Program-made: the position numbers and the translations under genes
Assembly (NCBI GenBank): GCA_963662335.2
Contig: CAXXVD010000002.1
Span: forward strand, 672,001 to 736,000
DNA: 64,000 nt
Source of the DNA: Chloroflexota bacterium
Lineage (GTDB): Bacteria > Chloroflexota > UBA11872 > VXOZ01
Reading direction: 5' to 3'
Shown here: one piece after another, positions 1-9,600 of the stretch
Layout of the letters: each line of letters starts with the position of its first letter
Position numbering within the stretch: position 1 is the stretch's first letter
Notes under the pieces: model-generated
Told to the model about the DNA's origin: nothing
The model's database searches: none
The model's input: only the letters and a program-made list of their open reading frames with translations

Positions 1-1
1 A

Positions 2-1690
2 TATCTGTGGGAAGCGGCGGAAAAGGTGGGCAAGCGGTCAATCGTCATCAATTGGCCCTCCTCCTGGCCGGCGCGCATGAAAGACGGCTGGCAGATTGCC
101 GGCTACGGCCTCTCCGTCAACGAGTGGCACGACCATCCCACCTTCCACCACGCCTACACCTTTTCCGGTGAGGCGCTCTTTGCCACCGATGACTACGTGG
201 AGGGTACGCTAATCGAAGTGGAAGACGCGGAGGATTGGCAGGATCTGGAAGCCGGCGTAGACTACCTGGAAGCCGAGTTGCCGTGGCGCTTCCGCTACCC
301 CAAGTACACCATGCAACCGCTCACGTGGCATCTGCTGCTGGAGGCGGACGCACAGGGCAACTTTACCACCGCCCACGTCTGCGAGCGGCGCGACCGGGCG
401 ACCGCCATGTGTTCGCTGCGGGTAGGCGAGTGGTCGGACTACATCGTCCGCGAGTTTGCGTGCGCGGAGTTGGGCAAGGCGGAGGCGGTCTTTCGCGTCA
501 AGCTGCTGGAACTATCCGCCGACGGCGAAACGGCCACGCTCTACGTGACCCCGCTCAGCCAACTCGACGGTTGGACCTATCCCAAGGGCTTAGATCGTGA
601 GATATTCGAGCAGGGCAATTGCCGCGGCTTGCCGGCGCCGTACCTCGGCCTGCGCACCTTCCGCATGGGGTGGTTCGACGCCGATACCTTCATCGAACTC
701 TGCGACATGAGCCACCAGTGGTTCGCCGACGCCGCGCGCTACCTGATGCGCGAAAGACCGTGGGACCTCTTCTTCATCCACATTCATACGCCCGACTACT
801 TCTACCACCTCTTTGCCAGCGAGGTAGACCCGGCGTTAAATGCGGACGCTGACAGCTTGGCGCACTGGCAAGAGGTTGAGGCGCGCTTGTACGAGAGCCT
901 GGACCGGGCATTTGCGGCTATAGCGGACGCCGCGCCCCGGCGGACGCTCTACGCCTACGTCTCCGATCATGGCGCGAAAGCCAACGGCTACAAGTGCAAT
1001 CCCGGCCAAGTCCTGATTGACGCCGGGCTAACGGCGCTGGCGGAAGAGGAAGACCCGGCGGCGGTGGCGCACTTTGCCATGTATACCGGGCGCAAGCGGG
1101 TGGATTGGTCGCGCACCCGCGCGGCGGCCAGCGGCTCTTCATATGTCTGGGTCAACCTGAAAGGCCGCGACCCGGAAGGCATCGTGGAGCCGGAAGACTA
1201 TGAGACTGTGCAGCAAGAGGTCATCAAGGCGCTCTACGACTATACCGATCCGGAGACCGGCCTCAAGCCCATCGGCTTCGCGTTTAAGAAGCAGAACGCC
1301 CGAATGCTGGATCTCTACGGCGAAGCCACCGGCGACGTGGTGTTCTGCTACGCCGACGAGTACGGCTCGCAACACGGGCCGCAGTTTCCGTCGGCTACCC
1401 AGGGCATGGGCGACCTGCGCGGCCTCTTCGCGCTCTCCGGGCCCGGCGTGAAGCGAGGCCACACGCTGGAACGCAACGTGAGCCTGAAAGACCTGGTACC
1501 CACCGTCTGCTACCTGCTGGGCTTGCCCGTGCCCGCCGACTGCGAGGGCGCGGTGGTCTACCAGGCGCTGGAAGACCCGGACGCGCCCCTGAATGAGCGC
1601 CTGCGCCTGCAACGCCACGTGGACGTCCTCTCCGGCGTGGCCGAATCGGAAGCGGCAATGACGCACACGTACCACAAAGCGGAGGGATGA
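2..1690 (+). CDS. Alkaline phosphatase superfamily / nucleotide pyrophosphatase-phosphodiesterase protein, 5'-truncated by window edge
   Basis: Frame is open from base 2 (YLWEAAEKVGKRSIVINWP). Motifs PDYFYH, VSDHG, VNLKGRDPEGIV and DLVPTVCYLLG are typical of the AlkP/NPP family. Confidence 0.8.
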   Translation, partial: YLWEAAEKVGKRSIVINWPSSWPARMKDGWQIAGYGLSVNEWHDHPTFHHAYTFSGEALFATDDYVEGTLIEVEDAEDWQDLEAGVDYLEAELPWRFRYPKYTMQPLTWHLLLEADAQGNFTTAHVCERRDRATAMCSLRVGEWSDYIVREFACAELGKAEAVFRVKLLELSADGETATLYVTPLSQLDGWTYPKGLDREIFEQGNCRGLPAPYLGLRTFRMGWFDADTFIELCDMSHQWFADAARYLMRERPWDLFFIHIHTPDYFYHLFASEVDPALNADADSLAHWQEVEARLYESLDRAFAAIADAAPRRTLYAYVSDHGAKANGYKCNPGQVLIDAGLTALAEEEDPAAVAHFAMYTGRKRVDWSRTRAAASGSSYVWVNLKGRDPEGIVEPEDYETVQQEVIKALYDYTDPETGLKPIGFAFKKQNARMLDLYGEATGDVVFCYADEYGSQHGPQFPSATQGMGDLRGLFALSGPGVKRGHTLERNVSLKDLVPTVCYLLGLPVPADCEGAVVYQALEDPDAPLNERLRLQRHVDVLSGVAESEAAMTHTYHKAEG

Positions 1691-1717
1691 CGGCCAGCGA
1701 GGGAGTTGGCCACGTTG

Positions 1718-3010
1718 CTATGCGCTCTCCGCTTGGGTCGTCGTCTCGGCTGCGTCCGGCAGTGGCCGGGCGAAGCGGCGTAATGCGCTCAGGGCGAGTA
1801 CGGTTGCCGCAATTGCGGCCGCGCCGGCTACGCCAAAGAGCGCCTCGAACGAGACCAGGTCCGCCAGCAGCCCGCCTACCGGCGTGAGCAAGATCAGGAT
1901 GCCGATGAGCGTATTGGTGAAGCCGAGATAGATGATGCGGTCTTCCGCCGGCGAGACCTCGATTGCCAGCACGGAAAACGTGATTTCCTGCCCGCCGGTG
2001 GCCATGCCGAGGCAGACGAAGAGGGCAATGAAGACCCCGCTCACCAGCGCCACGTCCGCTTGTGAAACGGTGAGCAGGTGCGCCGCCAGCGCTAACACCG
2101 GCGGCAGCACGCTGAGCACGGTGGTGGCTACCAGCAGCAGCCAACCGCCGCCGCGCGCGCCCAGCCAACCCCAGATGACGTTGCTGCCAATCACGCCGCC
2201 CATCAGCGCCACCGCGGACGACGCCACCACCCCTGCCGGCAACTGCAAGACCTTGGCGGCGTAGACCACGTAGAAAGGCATGGCGATGAAGGTGACCATC
2301 GCCAGCACCCGGATGATGAGGTACATGCGAAACGGCGGTTCGCGCAGCACGATCTCCCGGATGCGGCGCAGGTCTTCCCGCGCGGTGCGCTTGGGCAGGA
2401 CCGCCGGCCCTGCCGGTTCCTCAACGGCGCTGAACGAGGCGTAGCCGGCGCCGGTGAAGACCCACGTCAACACGAAGAGAATCCAGATCAGTTCGAGGCT
2501 GCCTTCCGAGCGTTCAAGCACCTGGCGCACGACCACGCCGGCCGCCAGCGCGCCAATGCCGCCAAAGAAGTTGCGCAGCGAGAAGAAGGTGGGCAACTGC
2601 CGCCGGGGCACGATGCGCCCCACCACGTCGAAGAACGCCAGACCCGTAAAGCCGCCGGACAACGAGGCGACTGCAGTCAGCCCGATGAGGGCCGGCAGCA
2701 CGATCTCGCCCCGCTCCGGCATGAGCAGGACTACGCCCGCCAGCAATGCCCAACAGCCGCTGCGCACCAGCGCGCTGCGCCGGTAGAACTTCAGCTTGCG
2801 CGGTTGGCGCTGCATGTAGTTGATCAACAGCAACTGGGGCAACGCCCAACCGCCCATCTGCAAGGCGGGCAGGATGCCGACGAGCAGGTTGGACGACGTA
2901 AGCTGGCTCACGTACCAGGGCAGGACGACGGTCGCGCTGGTGAACGCCATTCCCGTGACGTAGAAGACGCCGTTGAGGACGCCCAGGATGAAGTTGCGAC
3001 GGCCGGACAC
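1718..3010 (-). CDS. MFS transporter
   Basis: 430 aa with about 12 hydrophobic segments in two halves and a central hydrophilic loop. Confidence 0.8.
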   Translation of the reverse strand: MSGRRNFILGVLNGVFYVTGMAFTSATVVLPWYVSQLTSSNLLVGILPALQMGGWALPQLLLINYMQRQPRKLKFYRRSALVRSGCWALLAGVVLLMPERGEIVLPALIGLTAVASLSGGFTGLAFFDVVGRIVPRRQLPTFFSLRNFFGGIGALAAGVVVRQVLERSEGSLELIWILFVLTWVFTGAGYASFSAVEEPAGPAVLPKRTAREDLRRIREIVLREPPFRMYLIIRVLAMVTFIAMPFYVVYAAKVLQLPAGVVASSAVALMGGVIGSNVIWGWLGARGGGWLLLVATTVLSVLPPVLALAAHLLTVSQADVALVSGVFIALFVCLGMATGGQEITFSVLAIEVSPAEDRIIYLGFTNTLIGILILLTPVGGLLADLVSFEALFGVAGAAAIAATVLALSALRRFARPLPDAAETTTQAESA

Positions 3011-3115
3011 CTGATCTTGCTACTTTCGCTGGTTGCGCACTGCCGGCGCGGGCGGTGCGGTATAGGCGGCGTCGAGCACGATGCGCCGCGAAGCGGCCCT
3101 GGCGTTAGGCGGCGG

Positions 3116-4009
3116 TCAGGCATTGCGCACGATGGCGTCGGCCATGCGGCACACGCGCACCATGGGCCCCACGTCGTGCACCCGCACCAGATCGACCCCC
3201 TGCGCAATCGCCAGCGCCACCGTTGCCGCCGTGCCCTCCAGCCGCTCCGCCGCCGGCAGATCGAGGGTGAGGCCGATGAACGACTTGCGCGACGTGCCGA
3301 CTAGCACCGGCTGCCCCAGCGCCTGGAGCGCGCCGAGGTTGCGCATGAGCGCGAGATTCTGCTGGGGCGTCTTGCCAAAGCCGATGCCGGGATCGATGAT
3401 GACGTTCTCCGGCGCGATCCCGCCGGCGGTCGCGTGCGCGAGCGTCTCTTCCAGTTCCCGCGTCACGTCCCGCGCCACGTCACCGTAGGCCGCCGCGCCG
3501 TAGTAGCCGCCCAGGCCCGATTGCCGGGGCGTGGAACGGCGGTTGTGCATGAGCATGACCGGCACGTTGAGGGCGGCTACCGTGGCGGCCATGGCCGGAT
3601 CGCCGCGCAGCCCCCAGACGTCGTTGACCATGGCCGCGCCGGCCCGCACCGCCTCACGGGCCACGGCGGCCTTATACGTGTCGATCGAGAGGGGAATTTC
3701 CACCTCACGCCGTATCGCCTCGATTGCCGGCAGCACGCGGTCAAGTTCCGCTTGCAGGGGGACGGCGTCCGCGCCGGGCCGGGTCGATTCGCCCCCAATA
3801 TCGAGAATGTCCGCGCCTTCTTCAACGAACCGCGCCGCCTGCGCCGCGGCGCGGCGCGCGTCACCCCCAATGCCGTCGCCGGAGAATGAATCCGGCGTCA
3901 CGTTGATGATGCCGACCACGTAAGTGCGGTCTCCCCACCGCAGGGCGCCATCGCCGCACTGTGTCTCGCGCGGTTTTGCCGCGTGAGCCAACGGCGGGAA
4001 GCTCATCAT
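3116..4009 (-). CDS. folP: Dihydropteroate synthase
   Basis: GIINVTPDSFSGDG, DIGGESTRPGA, IDPGIGFGK, GTSRKSF and VRVHDV motifs. ATG at 4009 overlaps the upstream stop (ATGA). Confidence 0.95.
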   Translation of the reverse strand: MMSFPPLAHAAKPRETQCGDGALRWGDRTYVVGIINVTPDSFSGDGIGGDARRAAAQAARFVEEGADILDIGGESTRPGADAVPLQAELDRVLPAIEAIRREVEIPLSIDTYKAAVAREAVRAGAAMVNDVWGLRGDPAMAATVAALNVPVMLMHNRRSTPRQSGLGGYYGAAAYGDVARDVTRELEETLAHATAGGIAPENVIIDPGIGFGKTPQQNLALMRNLGALQALGQPVLVGTSRKSFIGLTLDLPAAERLEGTAATVALAIAQGVDLVRVHDVGPMVRVCRMADAIVRNA

Positions 4010-5586
4010 CCGCCCTCGGCCCCGGGGCGGATGGACGCAAACTGATAGCCGTGGATCAGCGTATCTCCCGGCGTGACGGACGCGACGTAGAGGATTACCC
4101 CGGGCCCCAGGCCCACGCGCTCGATTTGCGCTATTTGACCGCTGGTATTGCGCGCGAGATCCGGCAAGATCACCTGCGTAATTCCCTCCGGTATTGCCAA
4201 CTCCCGGCGCGTCTCCCAGTACGTAGTGTCTCCCGGATCGAAGAGCAGCCGGAAAGAATAGTCCGGCAGGTAGTACGCAAGCTGATGGGAGCGATCGAAC
4301 GCGACGATCAGCGTCTGCTCCGGCGCGTGGTTCAACGTGATGTACCGCACCTGCTTCGTCAGTATCTCGTCTATTTGACGTATCTCCTTGAACCGCCCCT
4401 GTCCGTCCGCGAAGAGGAAGAGCAGCGCATTGGAGACGGCAATCACCGTGGCGAGCGCAAGGGTGATGCCCAGCGAGACGCGATGCGGCGTGAGGGCGGT
4501 CGTCACCATACCGCGCTGCGTCATGAGAAAGCGGTACGCTTGTTCGCAGTCGCGGGCCAAGCCGCGCATGGCCAAAACCGCGTAGATGACCAAGCCCGGG
4601 AGAAACGAGAGCACGTAACCGGGATTGCCAATGTAGACCAGCACGTAGAAGAGTACGGGCACGAGCATCCACAGCAGAAGCAGCCGCGTGCGCGCGTCGC
4701 GCACGATCTGCTGCGGCGAAAAGTAGCGCCCGACGAAGTAGATTATCGGCAAGAGGGCTAAGCCGACGCCGTTGTAGAGAAACGCGACCAGCGTGCGCAT
4801 GTTGTCGAGCACGCTCCGGAGGTACGACAGCATTCCGCCGGATTGTCCCGCCCAGAAGCGGTAGTTCTCGGCGGATGCCTGCCAATACGCTTCCCAGCCG
4901 CCGGAGAGTTGCGCCATGGGAATCGCCCACGCCAGCACGACCGCGGCCAGCACGCCAAGTCCGCCCAACAGACTCCCCAGGCTGCGCCCCCACCAGGCGT
5001 AGACCCACACCGGCACGAGGAAGAGCAGCAGGTCCGGCCGGAAGCCCGCGCCCAGGCCCAGCGCCAAGGCGGCCGGCACGATCAGGTTGCGCGACCCCAG
5101 TTTCGTCTCGGCCAACAGCAGTACCACCAGCGTGCTGAACAGGGCGAGAAAGGCGTAGGGATACGCCACTTCGCCGTGGGACCAGAAGTTGCTGCTGGTG
5201 GCCAGCAGCAACGCGCTGATGACGGCGGTCTGCATGCCGTAGAGCCGCCAGGCCAGCAGGAAGAGACACCACACCGCCAACCCGCTGGCGGCCATGGAGA
5301 GCAGCACGTAGCTCAGGTTGGCGTCCACGCCCAGGCCGTAGAGCAGCTTGGCGCTGGCGACGTAGAGCGGATAGCCGGGCGGCTGCGGCTGGTGAAAGGC
5401 GACGTTGTACGCTTCCAGGGCGAAGGCGTAGCTGGCGGAATCCCACGCAAAGAGCGTCTCGCTTCGGAAAGGAATGCGGCTGAGGGCCGTGGCCGCGCCG
5501 AAACCGAGGCCAAGCAGCCACGCCAGCCGGCTCCACGCGGTAAGCCCCTGGCGCGATCCAGCCGTTATCCGTGCCGTCTGTTCCAT
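4006..5586 (-). CDS. GT-C fold integral membrane glycosyltransferase (PMT/ArnT-like)
   Basis: N-terminal TM followed by WDSASY...HQPQPPGYPLY loop, many TM helices and a C-terminal soluble domain. Start chosen at MEQTAR. Confidence 0.7.
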   Translation of the reverse strand: MEQTARITAGSRQGLTAWSRLAWLLGLGFGAATALSRIPFRSETLFAWDSASYAFALEAYNVAFHQPQPPGYPLYVASAKLLYGLGVDANLSYVLLSMAASGLAVWCLFLLAWRLYGMQTAVISALLLATSSNFWSHGEVAYPYAFLALFSTLVVLLLAETKLGSRNLIVPAALALGLGAGFRPDLLLFLVPVWVYAWWGRSLGSLLGGLGVLAAVVLAWAIPMAQLSGGWEAYWQASAENYRFWAGQSGGMLSYLRSVLDNMRTLVAFLYNGVGLALLPIIYFVGRYFSPQQIVRDARTRLLLLWMLVPVLFYVLVYIGNPGYVLSFLPGLVIYAVLAMRGLARDCEQAYRFLMTQRGMVTTALTPHRVSLGITLALATVIAVSNALLFLFADGQGRFKEIRQIDEILTKQVRYITLNHAPEQTLIVAFDRSHQLAYYLPDYSFRLLFDPGDTTYWETRRELAIPEGITQVILPDLARNTSGQIAQIERVGLGPGVILYVASVTPGDTLIHGYQFASIRPGAEGG

Positions 5587-5738
5587 AAGCGCTAGCGCTC
5601 GGCAATCGTGAAGGTGGGAAAAACGCGCGCAGCCGCGCCTGCAAGACACCAGTTCCTAATTCTAGCCCTGCCGCAAGCCGCGACGCAAGCCCCGTTGCAA
5701 CCCGCGCCGCAAGCGCGCAAAAGAGAGCGCACCGCATT

Positions 5739-6075
5739 CCGTTCGGACTGAGCCTACGTTCTCCGTTCGGACTGAGCTCATCTCTTCCATTCGCGTTAAG
5801 CCCATCTCTTCCGTTCGCGCTGAGCCTGTCGAAACGCGAACGAAAGAGGCTCCCTGCGGCGGCACAACCGGTAGCGCGGGGGCTTGTCCCCCGCCGGAGC
5901 CATTGAAACTGACGCGAAAAGGGTTGACCTAGCAACTTCGCAGGTTTAAAACCTGCGCTACCGGGAACTTTGGACGCGAGTTTTGCCGTCGTTCTGTTTA
6001 ATGCGACAGCATTAGGGCTTGTCCCCCGCCTCCGCGCTCTGCTCCCTCTCACTGGGGAGAGGGCCGGGGTGAGAG
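5739..6075. repeat. Cluster of palindromic intergenic repeats (GTAG-type REP doublet plus other families)
   Basis: Degenerate ccgttcg(g/c)(a/g)ctgagc tandem units. GTAGCGCGGGGGCTTGTCCCCCGC at 5871 is paired with GCAGGTTTAAAACCTGCGCTAC. ccctctc...gagaggg hairpin near 6044. Confidence 0.8.
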
Positions 6076-6110
6076 GAATTCTCGCGGCCCTGGGTCTTTG
6101 CCCCCCGCCT

Positions 6111-6137
6111 TGTTAGCATGACAAACTCATGCTAGCA
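6111..6137. promoter_or_regulatory. Inverted repeat, putative antitoxin autoregulatory operator
   Basis: TGTTAGCATGA-caaac-TCATGCTAGCA (11-bp arms, 1 mismatch) ends 7 bp upstream of the RHH antitoxin ATG. Confidence 0.55.
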
Positions 6138-6144
6138 TCATGCC

Positions 6145-6378
6145 ATGGCGAACCTACAGGTAGAGAACATACCGGACGAACTGCACGAGCGCCTGCGCCG
6201 CTGCGCCCGGGAGCGCAATTGCACCCTGAGCGCGGCCGTCCTCGCCGCGTTGGAGCGCGAGTTGGCCCGCTGGGAGTGGCGCGCGCGTCTGGCAGAGCGC
6301 CCGCCTACCGACCTCGGCGTGCCGGCGGCAACGCTGCTGCGCGAAGCGCGCGCCGAGCGCGAATTCAGGGCCGAGTGA
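6145..6378 (+). CDS. FitA/VapB-like ribbon-helix-helix antitoxin
   Basis: MANLQVENIPDELHERLRRCARERNCTLSAAV fits the FitA-like RHH pattern. 77 aa. Confidence 0.8.
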   Translation: MANLQVENIPDELHERLRRCARERNCTLSAAVLAALERELARWEWRARLAERPPTDLGVPAATLLREARAEREFRAE

Positions 6379-6491
6379 CGCGCTGCATTGTCCCCGCCCG
6401 CGCCTACGACACGCCCCTCCTCACTACCGACGCCCGCCTGGCCCGCGCCCCCGGCCTGGAAATCGCGGTACAATACGTGCGCACGGGATAG
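6375..6491 (+). pseudogene. Internally deleted VapC/PIN toxin remnant
   Basis: GTGA-coupled 38-aa ORF whose tail ARAYDTPLLTTDARLARAP matches the C-terminal PIN motif. The N-terminal and central catalytic segments are absent. Confidence 0.65.
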
Positions 6492-6627
6492 CCGCACTCG
6501 TCCCGCAGCGCGCACGTGCTCACGGCTTTTCCTTGCTCAATAGCGGAAATTGAAGCGCGGGGCTCCGGTAGCGTAGGTTTGTAACCTGCGCTCTGCCCCG
6601 CGTTGCCGGAGCGCGTGGACAGGGCAC

Positions 6628-9600
6628 ATGGCCGCATCCAAACTCATCACCGCCGTTGAGACCTACTTTGCCGCGCTGCGGCAGGTGCGCGCTTCCGGCG
6701 GGGCTACCGACGAGCGCTCGCTCTATCCGCCGCTGGCCGCATTGTTGGACGCTGTCGGCGCCACGCTCAAGCCTAAGATCTTTTGCGTGAGCGACATGAC
6801 CGACCAAGGGGCCGGGCATCCCGATTTTGGTCTCTATGTGAAAAAGCGGTCGTCCGGCTCACGTTCGTCAGCGGCCCCGAAACCCAACGGCAGCGACGTG
6901 CCCGAACGCGGCGTGGTCGAAGTCAAGCCCCTGCACGACGACGCCTGGCTCACCGCCGCCAGCGACCAGGTCAGCCGCTACTGGCAGCGCTACCGCCTGG
7001 TGCTGGTCACCAACTGCCGCGACTTCGTGCTGCTGGGCGAGGACGCGCAGGGCCGTCCCGCCAAATTGGAGACCTTCCGGCTGGCGGCGGACGCCGACGA
7101 ATTCACGCAAAAGCTGCAAAAGCCCCGCGCCTTTGCCCGTGACGTGGGCGCCGGACTGGGCGAATACCTCTGCCGGGCGCTTGCGCACCGGGCGGCGCTG
7201 GCCGAGCCGCGCGACCTCGCGTGGCTGCTGGCCTCCTACGCCCGCGACGGCCTGGCGCGGGTTGAGGCGGCCGGTGACGCGCCATCTCTGACGGCGGTGC
7301 GCGAGGCGCTTGAGGAGGCGCTGGGCGTCCGCTTCGAGGGCAATAGAGGCGCGGCCTTCTTCCGTTCCACGCTGGTGCAGACGCTCTTCTACGGCGTCTT
7401 TTCCGCCTGGGTGCTCTGGTCGCGGGCACTGCCGCCGCCGGTGGGCGCGTTCGATTGGCGCACCGCCGTCTGGCACCTGCGCGCGCCGGTGTTGCGGGCG
7501 CTCTTCCAGCAGCTTTCCGATCCCGGCCGCCTGCAACCGCTGGGCCTCGTCGAGGTGCTGGACTGGACCGCCGCCGCGCTCGACCGGGTAGACCGGCAGA
7601 CGTTTTTCACCCGCTTCAGCGAGGGCGAGGCCGTGCCCTACTTCTACGAGCCGTTCCTGGAAGCCTTCGATCCCGCCCTGCGCAAGCAACTGGGCGTCTG
7701 GTACACGCCCGCCGAGGTGGTGCGCTACATGGTGGCGCGGGTGGATAAGGCGCTCAAGGACGACCTGGGCATCAGCGACGGCCTGGCGGCGGAAAACGTC
7801 TACGTGCTGGATCCCTGCTGCGGCACCGGCGCGTTTCTGGCGGAAACGCTGCGGCGCATCGCCGAGAACCTCCGGAGCCGCGGTCTGGGCGCGCTGGCGG
7901 GCGTGAAAGTGAAGGAAGCGGCCAAGGCGCGGGTCTTCGGTTTCGAGATCATGCCCGCGCCGTTCGTGGTCGCCCATCTCCAGGTTGGCCTGACCCTGCA
8001 AGCCCTGGACGCGCCCCTGGCGGACGACGCGCCGGGACTCGCAGGCGCGGACGACCAGGAGCGTCCCGGCATCTTCCTCACCAACGCCCTCACCGGCTGG
8101 GAACCCAAGACCCAGAAGCCGCTGCCGTTTCCCGAGTTGGAGCAGGAGCGCGAGCGCGCCGAACGGGTGAAGCGCGACGCGCCGATCCTGGTGGTGCTGG
8201 GCAATCCGCCCTACAACGGCTTCGCCGGCATGGCTGTGGACGAGGAGCGGGAACTCTCCACCGCCTACCGCGCCGCCAAGCGCGTGCGCCGCCCGGAAGG
8301 CCAGGGGCTGAACGACCTCTACGTCCGCTTCTTCCGCATGGCCGAACGCCGCATCGCCGAGAAAACCGGCCAGGGCGTCGTCTGCTTCATCTCCAACTAC
8401 TCCTGGCTCGACGGCCTCTCCTTCACCGGCATGAGAGAACGCTACCTGGAGGCGTTCGACGCCATCCGCATCGACAATCTGCACGGCGACCGCATCATTT
8501 CGGAATATGCGCCCGACGGACGCACCAGCGAAACGGTCTTCTCTATTAGAGGAAAGTCGCCAGGCATCAAGATTGGCACGAGCATCACGTTGCTAACCAA
8601 GAGACCTGGCTCGAAACCGAAAGGAAAGCACATCCTGTACCGCGACTTTGACCAAGCGCGCGCGGACGAAAGAAGGCAGGCGCTGCTGGACAGCCTGAAT
8701 GCCCCCACGATGGATTCAGGATACGCCAACTTGGAACCCGATCTGCGGCTTGGCTTGCCGTTCAAGCCAATGGCGGTGAGTGATGATTGGTTCGACTGGC
8801 CTGCGCTAATTGACCTGTTCCCTACTTCTTATCCGGGAGTCAAAACCAGCCGTGACTCATTTCTCGTTGACATCGATCTCGACCGGCTGAGGGCGCGTGT
8901 AGCGGATTACTTCGACGCGGAACTGGGCCATGAGGAAATTGCGCGGCTCTATCCAGGCGTGATGCGCAGTACGGCGGGATTCAATGCTCACGCTGTCCGC
9001 AATGCGCTACTTGACCGCGGCGGGCCACTTGCAAGCGGATTCATCCGCTACGCCTACCGCCCCTTCGACACCCGCTGGCTTTACTGCGAAACGGAAAGCA
9101 GGTTGCTGGATCGGCCACGCTCAGAGTTCGGCCCGCATGTGTTCGAGGGGAACGTGTGGTTTGAAGCGAGAGAAAGAGAAGCACAGGAAGAGTTTTCGCG
9201 TGGAACACTGATTCGAAATCTTGCAGACAACTTTGGAAACGGACTTTCTAGTTTCTTCCCCGCTTGGCTCCGCGAAACCGGCCTCGGAGCCGACGAGTCT
9301 AGCGTACAACGTGTCCCCAATCTTTCACCTGCCGCACAGCGCTACCTTCAGCGGCTCAACTTGGGTGTGGAAGGCCTTTTCTACCATGTGCTCGCCGTGC
9401 TCCACGACCCCGCCTACCGCGCGGCCAACGCCGGCGCCCTGCGCATGGAGTGGCCGCGCATCCCCCTGCCCGGTTGGCCCGAACTCAGCGCAGCCGACCC
9501 CGCCGTCACTCCGGCGAAAGCCGGAATCCAGGAGCCTGCGGACACCGCACAACCGGACACTTCCGCCGTAGCCTCCGTCGTTCCCGTGAAAACGGGAACC

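Noticed and set aside
3116-6052. 978-aa ORF as a giant FolP fusion
   Set aside because: Only the last 297 aa are FolP. The rest is an off-frame read through the glycosyltransferase gene and repeats.
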